64,000 nt of DNA from Polymyxa betae A26-41 (GCA_003693705.1 RBZT01000995.1:1-64000), one strand, 5' to 3'. Shown: positions 10,944 through 25,170, counted from the first letter of the stretch. Numbers and translations are program-made. Notes: a model not told the origin generated them from the letters alone.

Positions 10944-11657
10944 TATGGGCGGCCTATGTGCCTATGTAAACAATAAATTATCCGAACAATGAGCATGAAA
11001 AGATGTCGAATTACCTCCAACTACATGACTCATCAAGTATTAACATGTGAATCAACTCTGTATACAATGATATAGATGAAAGAGTATTAATTATCATAAT
11101 TTTTGTGAAACAGCTTTCAAATAAAATATTGAAAAGAGCCTACGTTTAACCGACGAAATCGTGCACTGATATTCAGCATTGCAATTCTGACCCTGTATCT
11201 CTATGCATTTCTCCAATGGATCTCAGATGCCTATCGAAAAGCAATGTGCATTTACAAAATCGCCATCAACTTATAGCAAGTAACATCCAGCACCATTGCA
11301 CGTAGGAGAATCGATGTAAGCCGGGCTTAGGTTGTTCTTTACCAAACAAAGAAGATAGATTTTGATTAATGATTTAAAGGTTCAACATGTTTAGTGTGGA
11401 AATTGTCTTGAGAATGGGTCTCAGATGCGTAATATTTGGAAATCGCATTGAGACATATTAATTTTTGAAGTAACTTGGTTTAAGGACTGCTAATGATAGA
11501 CTTAGATATGATCTGCTGTTTGATAAAGACTGATTACTGATTAGTGATTATTTTTAGATACTTTTATAATAATTGATGTAATGACTGCGGGAGTTGCTCT
11601 ATCATTCATAGTTAATATCATTATTCTAACTATCATATATATGGGCCTTATAGTGAT

Positions 11658-12780
11658 ATGGTGATTTCCATCCTTGACGACGATATCGTCTTATATCGAC
11701 TTCATGCGATCCAGCCAGACCAGATCTATCAACAGGCGCGCCTTCATGCCCCTAAAGCGTTCTGTTTACGATCTCAACATCAGCAAGTATTATGGGACTT
11801 TTGTTTGTGTTTCTATCCATCTAAACACGTTCAGAATTGTATAAGGGATATTGCCCCAGTACCTGTTGGTCTTATAACTGAACTGTGTGGACCAGCGTCA
11901 TCAGGGAAGACTCAGGCATGTCTGAGCTTTGCTATAGATTGCTTTATGGCAACGTCTAGGAAGATGATATACATTGATACTGAGAACAATTTTTGTACTG
12001 ATCGGTAGTAATCAACTGGATTATTGCTTACTTTATTGTTAATTTATATTCAGATTAGGGCAAATATTATCTGCTAGATATCTTGGACATTCAATGTCAG
12101 AACAACATTTTATGCAGCTTGCAAACTCTGTCATAGTTTTTAAAGAATCTGCTCCTGACCGTTTACTGGAAAGGCACTAGACTGACATGTCAGATCTTCA
12201 TTGCATTTACATCAATTCTCAGATTACGCAACTTGGACGAAACGATCATTTCTGAGAAAATCGGCTGTCTGATCCTGGATTCGATTGCTGCCACTTGTCA
12301 CTCTTTATTAGATTCAAAGAAGAACGAATACCTCGCTGAATGTGCATCACAGCTGAAATATATAGCAGATAGATTTGCATTATCATGCTTAGTCACAAAC
12401 CAGGTTATTTATTATCACTACCATCATTAAAACCTCTGATATGGTATTGATACAGGTTATTGGAAATTATCAGAAGGCTATTGTAGTCAATCCAACCCTG
12501 GGCTCAGTACGACCTGCTCTAGGTAAATCGTTCTAAATGATTGTATTGTACTGAAACTGTTGATTTTCCAGGCCTGCAATGGAATCATGCTGTCAATATT
12601 CGTTATATGTTAGAACCTGGTTTGATTCAAGGTCCTCGTACTTTGCAAGTTCATAAATCTCCCTTGGGTATATTTACTATCAAATACAAGGTCGTTATCA
12701 TCATTATTTCATTGAGAGCTTAAGATTGATTTTGGCTTCAGATCACTGAAGCTGGTCTAATTCCAGATCTCAACCAATAG
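11658..12780 (+). CDS. RAD51 paralog (RAD51B-like), RecA fold; 5' end uncertain
   Basis: ITELCGPASSGKTQ (Walker A), YIDTE, LILDSIAA (Walker B), LVTNQV, PALGLQWNHAVNIR. At least 5 introns, including GC-AG 12174-12222. Confidence 0.8.
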
Positions 12781-12811
12781 AGATCCCTAAAACCTGTGGA
12801 ATTTATTGTAC

Positions 12812-13126
12812 TTATTCCTGGATTTCTGAGGCCTTGACCATGCATACAGCAAGAGCAGCGTCGAAAATCTGACTGTTGTTCGGGACATTGTAGTTCAACT
12901 GCTGTTTCTGGCGAGGCATGCCTGAAGGAGACGGAGACCCATTTCTGCTCTGATCTTTTGACTGGTGTCGTGCTGGAGATGGTGAAGAAGAACGTTGTTT
13001 TCGGGTACGTCGACTTTGACGTCCAGAAGAAGGTTGGCGCTTGATGGTAGCTTCGGGATGGTTAAGAGCCTCTCGTGGCAGAGATCCAACTACCCGCTTG
13101 CGCGACACAGCTTTCGAGCGAGCCAT
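12812..13126 (-). CDS. Small basic R/S/P-rich protein with H3-tail-like N-terminus
   Basis: 104-aa intronless ORF starting MARSKAVSRKR; no histone fold seen. Confidence 0.5.
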   Translation of the reverse strand: MARSKAVSRKRVVGSLPREALNHPEATIKRQPSSGRQSRRTRKQRSSSPSPARHQSKDQSRNGSPSPSGMPRQKQQLNYNVPNNSQIFDAALAVCMVKASEIQE

Positions 13127-13350
13127 TTCTTTGTGAAGTGAGATTTACAGAATGACCAAGTTGGGCATGACTGCAGACACGTCAACACTCAGGAGCGTGC
13201 CTGTTTCTGAGCAGACGTCAAGGATCATGACCTTAACTTCATGTGCTGTGTACTAGATATTTTTGACTAAACTGAGAGATTTCGAGTCAGATGAATATTT
13301 GTATTTGTATCCTATGTTAAAGAGTTAGAACAGATTTGCGTGTTCCTTCT

Positions 13351-14335
13351 ATGATAAGACAATTGCTATCAGCGTTGATACAACAGAAGTCGCTCAATCA
13401 CCTGTCAGCACTGAAGACGACCTCAACGCTAATGCAGATTCATACAGTACCCATCTTTACTGACAATCTCTCATACATCATAGTGGACGAGGAAACTGGC
13501 CAAACTGCTGCTGTGGATCCAGCATTGCCCTCTCACATCATTTCCTATTGCCATCGTAATAATTTGGCCACACCCAACCTGATACTGACAACACATCGTC
13601 ACACCGATCATGCTGGCGGAAATCAGTATTTCTATGATAACTGGGAAGGAATCACCATTGTTGGAGGAGCTCAAGAGAAAGTCTCGTGTTGTACGCGGGA
13701 GGTCAGAAATGGCGACGAGCTGTTATTGGGATCAATTCCTATTAAAGTTATAACATCGCCTTGTCATACAATCGGCCATGTGATGTATTACATTGATCAT
13801 GACGATGAACGATGTCTGTTCACTGGTGATACATTCTTTATTGCTGGTTGTGGGCGGTTTTTTGGTAAGTCTTATGTTATTAGCTGAATCGTTTTAAAGT
13901 TTCTAGAGGGGAATGCTAAAGACATGTATAGCAATATACAAAAGGTCGATCTTCAGTTTTCTATCTTTTCTCGTTTCCTGATCCTTACAGATGATTGCTC
14001 TTCCTCATGATACGAAAATGTATTGTGGTCACGAATATACCGTTAACAATCTGCTGTTTGCCAATCAAGTCGAACCTGCTAACTTGGACATCCAGAAGAA
14101 ACTGGAATGGGCTCAACAATGCCGCAGTGCAGACCAGAATACTGTCCCATCAACTATTTCTGAAGAACTCACTTATAACCCATTCTTGAGGTTCGAAGAG
14201 ACTGCAGTCTGTCAATTTACTGGAACTTCTGGGTAATATTATTAATTGGTTTCGTGCAATCTATTCAACGATCGATCTAGTGATCCCATCAAAACGATTG
14301 AAAAGTTACGCCTGCTGAAAAACAATTTTAAATGA
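13351..14335 (+). CDS. GLO2: Hydroxyacylglutathione hydrolase (glyoxalase II)
   Basis: THRHTDHAGGN metallo-beta-lactamase motif, CHTIGH, FTGDTFFIAGCGRFF, YCGHEYT, NPFLR. Three introns; putative transit peptide. Confidence 0.95.
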
Positions 14336-14492
14336 TAGTCTTCGTTATCAGTTATTATATATTAAAATTATGATGGATAAAAGTAATCATTTGAACCAAG
14401 ATGTTGATGATGTTCAGTAAATTGCGTGCTGTATATCTTTGATATTTGCTTGATGATTGGTTTTATTAGCCACTTATGCCTACATAATCATC

Positions 14493-14896
14493 ATGGATAT
14501 TGATAAAGAATTGAATGGTGCATGTGATGAGATCAGGTTCGCCTGTATGAACGCTGAAATCGTCCCAATCTGGGACGGTGCAGAAGAAATTCGAGGTCTG
14601 CTGTCTTTACATCTGATTCATACGACAGTGCCTGTGAATATTGGATATTGTCCATATCGTGGCTATTCGGTATGGCGTATGGTCTTATCCCAGTTCTTTC
14701 TTGAAATCCAAATATTTAGATTGTGGAAAGAACGCATTCAGGCAAGTTTGCAATTCCAAAAGGAAAACAGTTCTTTGAGACTATCACAGCGTTGCTTCTG
14801 GCCTCCAGTACCACCTTCCAGAGCCTATTTGATGAGCGACTATCTCAACAACTTCATCTGCTTTCAGATGCGAAAGAATGCGATAAACAGATTTAA
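14493..14896 (+). CDS. GSKIP-domain (DUF727) protein
   Basis: Intron 14670-14719 shifts the frame to FFETITALLLASSTTFQSLFDERLSQQLHLL, matching the GSKIP C-terminal motif. N-terminal ELNGACDEIRFA. Confidence 0.6.
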
Positions 14897-14912
14897 TCAC
14901 AATTTGTGTGGA

Positions 14913-16090
14913 TTACTGACTCTTTGCATGGGTTGATTTGACTCTTGAACTTGGTAGGCTATACAGTGCGGTCCCAGAAAACACGAATATAGCTCCAATC
15001 CAATGATATGTAGTGAGATCATTGCCCATAAATAATGCACTAATCAGTAGAGACATAAATTTTCGAACAGTTAATGTGAACGTACATGTGAGAGTATTCG
15101 ATACAGATGTAATCGTGTAAACAGCACGAATACAGAGATACTGAGATATCACGTTTACAGCCATGATAACAGTGTACGGAATAGGAACTTCAAAAAATGG
15201 CATAATAATATCAGATTCCTGATTCATTAACGCTGGAAGTCGAGCTAATATATCAGGGGCCAAGAATAGAAATAAAGGAAGAGAAAAGCAATGGGAATAG
15301 AAGAGCGTTTCTTGAGGATATCGTCCATATTGACGGTAGCCAGATTCTTGCCAATGTCCAAGTAATGATGAAAGTACAAGAGAAACTAACAATAAAATCA
15401 CTCCGAATAGCCATGAAATCATACCAGATCCAAATGATCCAGGTTTTATAGAGATCTCAACTGATGAATCAATTTCACAGCATCGTGCTTGTATTAAACT
15501 ATCAGCGAACGTTGCAATCAGAACACCGATAGTTATGAAAAGACATGATAAGATTTGAGGTCTCGTATATCTGCATAATCAGATTAATAAATGCTTGTGC
15601 ATAACAATATATCTTACACTCTTTTGAACAAGAATAGACCAAGAACCATGTTGACCACTAATGAACAGCTACGAAATACCATATGGAATGGTAAAGAAAT
15701 GTTAAACATGAATACAACCTAAACATTTAATAAATTCATTTCGTTAGACAGTACTATACACAGACATTATTAATTACAGAAACTGTTACAAAAGCTAGAG
15801 TAACTTTAGCATAGAACGATGCTGGAAGATGACGCTTTTCAATACAAACAGAGGCTGATGTAACCGATAGTCGTGAACAGAATGAAATAAAAGATATGAA
15901 GCAAAATTGCAACGCAGTAACCGAGTTGCCAATGGCTGAATCCGCTTTCACTAATAGCTCTGAGATCCAGTCAAATTCAATTCGCAAAATGTAACTATAC
16001 AGTGATTATACCCAGAGATATATTATTGATACCACAACCTAGAAAAACCAGTGCGATAGATCTCATGAGAGCTTCAAAAATCCCAGTCAT
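14913..16090 (-). CDS. SLC35B4: UDP-xylose/UDP-GlcNAc transporter (SLC35B4/YEA4, UAA family)
   Basis: VFLGCGINNISLE, VTALQF, PFHMVFRS, ETLFYSH, TLTVRKFMSLLIS; three introns. Confidence 0.9.
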
Positions 16091-16383
16091 TTATCATGAT
16101 TGTAAACGAGGTGCTAACAAACCTGTCATTTACAGCCTGATATCGATAATTAGATGAGAAATTTAAGGCCTAATTCTGCAATCTGGTAGATTGAAAGATG
16201 TTAAAGATAAGATTGATAAATGGGTAGATCATCAATTGTGACAAGGTCACTATATACTCCTTATACTGCGCTTTGTACTTGGTAACATGTCAAGGCCAAC
16301 TATGCATATATTTATTAAGACAGTGATAATATATATATCAACAAGCCAGTATTTATACAATTGTACGATAGTGGGGTCAGGCT

Positions 16384-19300
16384 CTAGCGTAAGCGCCGAG
16401 TTAGGCCCAATATCGACTGAATCGAACGTCGAACCTCGACTCGGGAATTTTGAACAAATCTTGCCAGTTCGACGCGAAGCTTATTGGGCTCTTTGCTGCG
16501 GTCGATTAGTTGTGCTAGTTTAGAGCTTGGCAGCTGCAACATGATAGGATAAGAGTGCGGTGCTGTTCTCATACAGCAGACGATAAATCCCTGCCAAAGC
16601 TCCAGATTGGCAAGATCCCAAATTCTCTTATTCACCAATCTGGCTAAGATTGTAATAGCGAATTCAGTTAGTAATGGATATACTGCTAAAACTTGGATCA
16701 ACGTTCTCATGAACAGCACCGGAATAGGATTCCTTTCAACAACCTGCTGTAAAACGACAGCTAAAACCTTCTCGTTATACGATTCTTTGGTGAAGATGCA
16801 AAGTTGAATGGCATCCATGACTTTTCGCAGCAATGGATGATCTGGAGTTGGAGCTATAATATGAAGACGAACCAGTACTTCAGAAGGAGATACAGGAGCT
16901 CCTGGGCTTAATAACAGCTTAAAAGCCTGGTCGACATGTATCTTTGGAAGTGCAACTATATGTGGAAGCGCTTCTAGTACTTGAGCCCGTTTCATTCCTA
17001 GAATCAAGTAAGAACAGAGACACGTTGAGATGACATGGCTAGCGTCACCTGATAAAACTGGAATCAAGAACCGAGCATCGCGACATCGAGTATAACATGT
17101 TTGAGCAGCCTCGATTAAGGCTGGACTGACAAGATCTTCGACCCCATCTGTCAGGATGTGTAATGCATGAAGAACCAACGGCTCAGAGCCGCTAGGAGAT
17201 TGCTTAAAAGCTTCAATCAAAACTGGCGAATTGGAGCCTTGTATAAATTTAGTTCCAGTAACAAGTGAAAAGATAGTATGCTGACCAATGGATCGAACCA
17301 GCTTGGGGATATTCTTGTGAAAACACGCCCGAACAGAAGTACCACGCGATGATACTAAAGAGAACACAGACAGAATTTTGGGAAACATATCATGTCGCTT
17401 GGCACATAAGGCAAAGTATAGATCCAGTCGTCGACTAGCTTCTGCTTCTATCAATGCGTCAACAGCAGGGACCGAATCGTTTTCATCAGATAAATCCAGA
17501 ACGTTCTGATCATCTTCTTGCAGAACTTCTTCATTTCCCACCTCCCTATTATCACAGCTGAGTCAATAACTCTGGGCATGATTTGAATTACTTTGGTTCC
17601 ATCGAGTCCACAGGTGCACTTGTCTCAGCACCTAGATCGGATTCTTCTTTATAATTAACTTGACTACGTGGATGAGAGCCAGCTGAACTACACACACAGT
17701 GAAATGTCAGCCAGCACTCAAGAATCGGAATTACCTAGATTCTTCTGAATGCTCAGAGGCAATGATGTCAGTTTGCTTTTCGCCCTGCGTTCGATCAATT
17801 TGCATTCCGTCTTCTGAATGTTCCGCTTCTGCATCATCTCCGTTTCCTTGCCGATGAGCTTTCTCGTCCGCATTGAATTTGTCCTGAATTTCAACCTCGA
17901 AAGGATCCGAGAGAGTGCTAAACAATTGTGTGGCATATTCTATAATCTGTTCCTCTACAGATTTCCCCAATGGCAGTAATTGATGTGTAACCAGAGCAAC
18001 TGCAGGATTACGAAGAGCTGCATTACTGGATCCACCGTACGTTAACAGCAGTTGAAGAATCTTGGATTTATCTGCAGGTCGTTTCATAACGACGTCTCGT
18101 AAAGCGAATAGAGCAACTGTCCGTTTCAAATCGCTATCCGATTGACAAATCTGTAACAATTTAGCGATTTAAATGTGCATCTTACGTTATAATAAACCTG
18201 ATCGATACTTTGAACAGCTTCATCAAGCAATAAGGCGCACGTGCAAAGAAATCTTGACAGCGTTCCAGCAGGAGCATTCCATAAATACTCGATGGCAGTC
18301 GTGATCGAATTCACATAGATATCTGATAGGCCGGCGGCGACCAAAGCATATCCCAGTTGTAGAATTACTTCCAGCCACACAACAGGGTCTTTCTTAAACG
18401 ACTCTAATAATTGACCGATTCGGCTGGGATCGTATTTGACAAGCATTTGAGTAATAACAGCTTCAGTAACCCGAGCTTTTGAGCAGCTTGACATCATTCT
18501 TTCAAAGGCTAAATTTTTCAGCTTCTGACGACAACTGTCGTCGAGATTCCGAATTGGGATCTCTGGAACACTTCTTTTTACCAATAAAGCAGACGTATGT
18601 CCAGCTTTTTGTATATGCTCGTTCATTCTTTCAAAAGCCGAAGAAATTGATTGCAAGTCGGAAGCGATCTGCGATTCTGTAATAGCAACCGAGCTCCTCA
18701 AACGTGGATCACGAAGTCGGGGGTCCCGAATTAGTGTTTCCTGCTCCAAAAGAAGTTGAAGTAGCTTCTTGAAGCCCATCCCATCAGCTTTGAAAGAAGA
18801 TGACTCTATGTTAGGAAGATTAAGACGAACGCATCGAGATATGAGTTCGATTTGAGTTTGCAGAGGGAAGTTATCGAGTCGTTCATGCACTAAACGGTCT
18901 TCTGCTTGATTCCTTACAGTAGGACGATCACGCTCTAAAGCTGCACCAGGTCGCTTTCTGGTTGGTTCATACCTTTGAGGACAATAAGATTATCAGAACC
19001 AAAAATGGGATAGTTTTACTCAATATTCAATGATGATGCAAGAGACGATAACGATTTCTTTGACGCAGAATCAATATCAAGGTTAGATATCAATTTGTAA
19101 AGAGGGATACGGATTGTACGGCTACATCGTTGATTTGTGGCAGCTCCCATGGAGAGAATTGAGGGAATGACTTCTGGTAGCACTGAACAATCCCTACATG
19201 CGATATTGCATAATTCTGCACACGATAACCAGGCGGTGGTTGGACAAGGATTGTCCGGTTGGCATATTATAAACAGAGTTGGCAATGATATCGCTGTATC

Positions 19301-19441
19301 TAATTGGGCAATGGCATGTATCGCACGAAGACGAAGGCCCAGATCGGGACTGGAAACAGCAGAAATGATTTCTGACTGGGCCAATGTCTCTGGACTATGG
19401 TCGAACTGCAATCTGGCCTCAACTGATGATGGAGCTTCCAT
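16384..19441 (-). CDS. SYMPK: Symplekin (CPSF scaffold)
   Basis: C-terminal PIPVLFMRTLIQVL..RIWD..LWQGFIVC..LQLP (Symplekin_C), RDPRLRDPR and LDLYFALCAKR. Multi-exon; start codon tentative. Confidence 0.85.
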
Positions 19442-19614
19442 TGAATAAGGGATTTGTACTGAAGTGAGAACTGGGCCCCAACCTGCTCCAGACAACAGAT
19501 GCAATGTTATACGGACTAATCACTTCTCATGAAGTCATCATGTCTTCACAACCCGTGATGCAAACTTACATACTTATACAGGCTATACAATACGTTCAAA
19601 CTGAGCTTCTTGAT

Positions 19615-20657
19615 CTAGAAGATTTGACAGTATATTAGTTCATTAGCCACATTTATCGCCGGCTGCATGAATGTTTCCGTGTTTTTCGAAGTTCTCGAAT
19701 TCGATGCTTTTCAGATTTCATCGATTGAATCACTTCTTTGACAACATCGTCTCGAATTTCTTTCACACATGCTGGGCATTTATTCTGAATTGCTCTTGAT
19801 CCTGGTGTTGGCCACAAATTGGAAAATGTTAATTAAGATAATCGGATTACCTAAGCAACGAAATATGCATTCCAGGTGAACTTGGGAGCGACAACATGGC
19901 ATCCTGAAGAAAAGAAGAAATCTCATGCTAAAAAAATAAGACTTGTTAAACACTAACGTATAAACGGAAGTGAGATCAGCTTGCATCATTTCTAAAAGGC
20001 AGACACCGCAATCCTTGTCCTTGTCATAAATGGGTCTAACGCTTTTTCTGTGCATTTCGATCTGGACGGTTTCATGGGAAGATACATAACCAGAAAACGT
20101 AAACTGCAACGCCAATGAGAATTACATTATCTGATAGCTCATTCAGATTTTCTACCTGTTTCAATTGTGCTTTCGGCCAGAGCGAGTCATCATCAAAGAT
20201 GTCAATTTCAGAACCATCGTTTTGCGTTAAAAGTATCTCACTTCCATTTTTGTCATTACAAGCTGGATTTGGTCGATTACCAAACTTAGAAGACGGAATG
20301 TTGAATGCATCTTCAGAATCTGAACTATTACTGCTGAGAAAATTGTTTTCTGATCATCAACTCGTCTATCACCTCTCGATCTAGTCGTGGGCCGCTTATG
20401 TCGTTCACTGCAATTACAAGACGTTGCTCTATAAAAAAATCATTAGAATCTATCTACCAATGAAGCAAACACAGACGCTGATCCTTGTAGTTTTTGAAGC
20501 AATAATTCTGCTTGCTTCCCAATTTGAACTATATCGCCCAAAAGTAGCTCGGAGCAGCAATACTTCTGCTCGTTTGGTGACACCTTTAACCGCGAAATCT
20601 GAAGCTTCCATAGACCAAAGCGAATTAGACGTAAAATGTGCTTACATGTTGGCTCAT
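19615..20657 (-). CDS. RING-finger protein (probable E3 ligase)
   Basis: Spliced CGVC..MPCCRSQVHLECIFRC..CPAC pattern. 5' exons are inferred. Confidence 0.65.
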
Positions 20658-20930
20658 GATCTGTCTGTTAGTAAGACAATGACAAGAAGAAATATTTGAT
20701 GACGCCTTACTGAATCTGTATGTAGTAATTCCATAGAGGATTGTTCACTGTTATCAATGTTACATACGACATTATTACCCCACAACACAAGAGCAAGACA
20801 TACGACAATCTCACTGATATACTTCATCAATACTGGTTATTATTACTTGATTACCTACCAAGGTTTGGGGTAAGTCGATCTACCCACATAGACCAGCATC
20901 ACAGTCACTTCGTGTCTCTCTCAGTCTTAT

Positions 20931-23900
20931 ATGCGATCAGGCGATCTTGAATCCAATTTCAACGATGCTTATCTCGATCATTCTTATAGTAGACCAAATC
21001 TGGTGGAGGTAGAGAAAAGACGGCTCTATCTTCAAGAGCAGCTTCAGAAAGCGGACGTGTCCATTCAACAATGTCAGACAAAACGGAGTGATCTTGTCAA
21101 AACGTTCTCAGAAGAGCAAATCGAACTTCAAAAATTGACAACAGAGGTTGACAATTTGACAGAAAAGGCAAGTGCTACCTAGTTTCTAAAGGTTCAATAG
21201 TGGTTACAGTACTGCTTTCTGTAGATAAGCGGTTCCTTACTGGAGCAGCACATAGATTCTATTCAATATATTGGCGCTGAGCTCAATCAGCTAAGGAACT
21301 TTAAAATCATTGTTGATGACCTTGTTCAGAACAAACGTGCGCAGCTTACTGCAGTTCATTTTGAGCTCGATGACAGGCTAAAAAGGACATATCTGCAAGT
21401 AGACGATCTTCTCAGAAATTCCGAGAGACTTGGCCTAGAAGCCCAACATGCTGAAGATCTCAGTATTAGCTTGAACGTAATTCAAGATAATGGAGTCCTA
21501 GACGGTGAGGAAATTTATTACGTGAAACGCTGATCTCAATCGAGTTCTAGGAAGCGAAAAGGCAACTGTGGTTGTTGACGACATTTCGCATGCACGAAGT
21601 ATTCGCGAATCTAAAGCACGCGCTCTGCGTGCAGAACAAATTAAGCAGTTAAATCGCGAAAGACTGCATGTCATTGATGCCCTGAGAAATCTTCAGCTTC
21701 GGAACAAGGAACAACTTCATCCTAGTGCTCATACGGATCGGGAAACAAGAGTCGAGTTGACGTCAAGCAACTATGGCCCAATTCAGGACCAACACGACAC
21801 GGCTGTACTTTTCTCTAAGGCGAGAACCGATTCTGTTCAGGCAAAAGTCAAACTGCACCGTGCTGAGCTTTCGCGAGATCTCAGTCTATTAAATGGTCTT
21901 CAACAATCTTCTGAACTGAAGATGGCGCAAAAAAGTCAATCTGACAAAAGCACGTCGATTTCGGGCATTCGGCGACTGCTAATCGATGTTCTTCTGCCTC
22001 CTATAATTGAGAGAATAGTAAGAGAAAGTATCTCGTTAGATGAGATCAATGACAGAGAATCTTTACTACGCCATCAGCAAAATCTGCAATTAGAAAAGGA
22101 GAATGGACAATTCTTGCAGATAGCTGTTTTCGAGATCTGGGAAGATTTTCTGCAGAACGCTGTGAACGAGCTTACTTTGTCTGTCGCTTTAGACACCATT
22201 AATGTGCATTTAACAATGTATGATACATGGAAAAGTCAATGTATGATGGTGAACAAAATACAGATCAACACTGGTTTAGAATCGGCAGTCGATGAACTGG
22301 TTCGTCTCCGTTCACGATTTCCTCATCGTTACTTGCTTCAACAAGAAAATCTTTCCTATTCTCGACAAAACGAAAATACTTCTGTTCAGAGTGGCAGTTG
22401 GTCAATTTTTAAAAGAACAAAGGCGAAATCGCATCTCACTGTAGGATAATATTGCCTGTCTACTTTGATACCCACTAATTCTGAAGCAGGCACACTCCAA
22501 ATCGTTATCAGTCAAGCAGAATGACGATTTACTTGACAGTGATAAAGTTGAAGACATTCTAGAAATATATGCAAATCACCGATGTCGTTATGAAGCTGTC
22601 TCGCAGTCATTCGCCGAATTTGAATCAGAATATTGCAAGAACTTTGAATTCTTCTCAAGGATGGTATCGGGAAAAGGCAAGACTGGATACCTCAAAGGAA
22701 AAGAATCACGCGACGGTTCGCTTCTTCTATTAGCTGGATTTGACGGGTCACTTCAGCTGCTCAATACGGAAGCTGAAGAAAACAATGTTGAATTGTTCCT
22801 GGCTCCAGTTAGAAACCGAAAGTGGAAAAGCGTTGATAGTGGCCCATGGTCATTAATGAATCAAATTATCGCCTTAACTGACCAGAATCAAGTTTATGTA
22901 TTCGATAGACCTATTTCGAGATCATCTAGCTCTGATACGCCATATGAATTGTCTTCTGAGGACATCAGGGGAGTAACCGTAGATTCAAACGAGAAAGCTT
23001 CAGAGGCAAATCTCGTTGCCGTACATCCTACTGTTACATTGAATTTGACCTCTATTTCATTTATGATTGCTTTTACATCGGGGGAAATCATCCGCTGGAA
23101 CAGAGCCACGTAATACTGTGAATATATTTTTGGAATGCCCCGTCAATTTATTGTTTAACAGAACGGGCCATCAAATGCTAATTGGTGATTTCCCACCAGA
23201 ACGACCAGTAATCTCACCAAAGCATTCTGCAACGATTCAACTCAGCAGAAATAGCCGAAGACAGCGTTATGTAGGACATCATTCCCCGATACTGTTGATG
23301 GCATTCCTTGGATATTCAGATCGACCTGATAACTTGGTCTCATTTGATGCTGATGGCATGCTAATCATATGGGACGATGAATCGATTTCTGGGTTTGGAT
23401 ACATCTGTCCACGTCTACGATATCAAATCAAAGCTGTGGATGTTTGGTACGAGGACGTTGCAGGGACCCGAACCATAACCATTTACGAAGACCAAACTGG
23501 ATCAAAAAGTATCGATAGCCTGAACTATGATCTTGAAGTCAGGCGCCAGTTATTGTCGGCTGGCTATACTGAGCTGGATTATGGCGTATTCTATCCTAAA
23601 TTTGCCAACGAGGGGCAAGGATTTCAACATATACTCACCTACGATATAATGACAAAACGACTTCAACGACATGTTAAAGCCGCAATCAAGATTTCTCATA
23701 TCACAGGAAATGTACTTGATGCCAAGATGACAGCATCAAACCGTGAGATGATTATTTTGACGTGGGTACCAAGGTCTGGATCTTTGTAGTTTATTTCAAA
23801 AGTGGAATTGGTGATAATTTTTAGGCATCAGAGCATAGTCGCTCAGCTGGCGTTCTTTATGGTTAAATTCTCTGAAACTGGATCTGTCAGCATAGAAGGG

Positions 23901-24500
23901 CCGATTGTCCGATACAATTACGAAGGCGAAGCTGATCCATCTTACAATAACTCCTCGATGATTTGGCAGATCACAGAAGTATACAATCCTCTCGGAACCG
24001 ACATTCTCTTTACGCTTCCTGCTCTCTCGAACACCTTGCAAGTTATCTCAACTGCCACTGGCTCTTTACTTCAGAGGTGAAGCTTCAAGACACATATACA
24101 GATGAATTACTGATTTTGTTGCAGCATCAATTTGCAAACGTCAATATCTATGATTCCAAAACAAATATTTGTTTTTGACAATTCGACACAAATTGCTGTT
24201 ACGTATATGAAAACTTCTGCCATTGACGTTTGGAGGATTATTGACAGAAACCAGCCAAATCAGCGAATAAGGCACAGAACACATCCAAGTAGCCAAACAG
24301 AACGAGTGAAACGCACACCTAACGAACAAATTAGTAAGCTGTCGTCATTAAGATTGCCATTTGGATATTTAGGGAAGCGGCCCAATCACTATTTTCATGT
24401 CGCTAGAAAAGCTCGTGCTTTGGTTTTAGAACTGATAGGGCAAATTGTCAATGGCATAAGGCGATCACCAGGTGATCAGGAGGTGAACAAGATAGATTGA
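20931..24500 (+). CDS. Large hypothetical protein (~1080 aa): N-terminal coiled coil plus C-terminal WD40-like beta-propeller
   Basis: ORF segments link through 6 introns (one GC-AG, 21168-21224). GHHSPILLMAF..LVSFDADGMLIIWD is a WD-like repeat. Confidence 0.6.
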
Positions 24501-25170
24501 GATAACAAACCATGTCAAGGACGTGAAGTTTTGGCTACTACAGAAGCATACTCTTTCCACATCAAACGTACATGTTATTTTAAAAGCGCTTTGTCATAAA
24601 GATTATGCAAGAACAGAACATAATGGGAAAACGGGTTTTCAGCAAGAAAGCATTACACAGGCAGACTAATCACGTTATGGTTCTTGGGATTATCTCACAA
24701 GGCTCGCTCACTTGTAGATTTTTACTATCAACAGCAATTTCATGCAATGGCATGCATGCTTGCATGGATATGTTAAAAACGATAGCAGTTAATCTCAGAT
24801 TTTGTTTGGAAGACAAATTACCTAATTACCCTGCAAACTATTGAACATGAACCAGCATATTCAATGACGCTGGCTATAATCTGATACCAACACAATCAAG
24901 AATTTATTAAAGCCTAGCGGTCTAACCGTCATGTAACCCTTTAAGGCCAGAATTATACCTATAATTGTATACTATTTGTGATCTATAGTGTTGGTAACGT
25001 AAGCATAAGATGGTAGGGCGCTTACAATAGAATCTCACCTATTTAGCCATCACTGCACGGAACTGTTTTTCCAAACGCATGTTTTTAGTGACGAGCACGA
25101 TTAACTTTAGAAGTCTTGGTCCGGGGACGTTGAACAACATCTGCATCGATCCAGGCTAGTAGTCACCAGC

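Noticed and set aside
11293-11307. U1 snRNA loop-II-like CCATTGCAC
   Set aside because: No 5' ATACTTACCTG and no Sm site at the proper spacing.
14457-14936. Apparent coding overlap between the 159-aa ORF and the SLC35B4 3' end
   Set aside because: Splicing of 14670-14719 changes the frame and ends the gene at 14896, removing the overlap.
24911-24950. tRNA A-box-like TAGCGGTCTAA
   Set aside because: No B-box, T-arm or cloverleaf follows.
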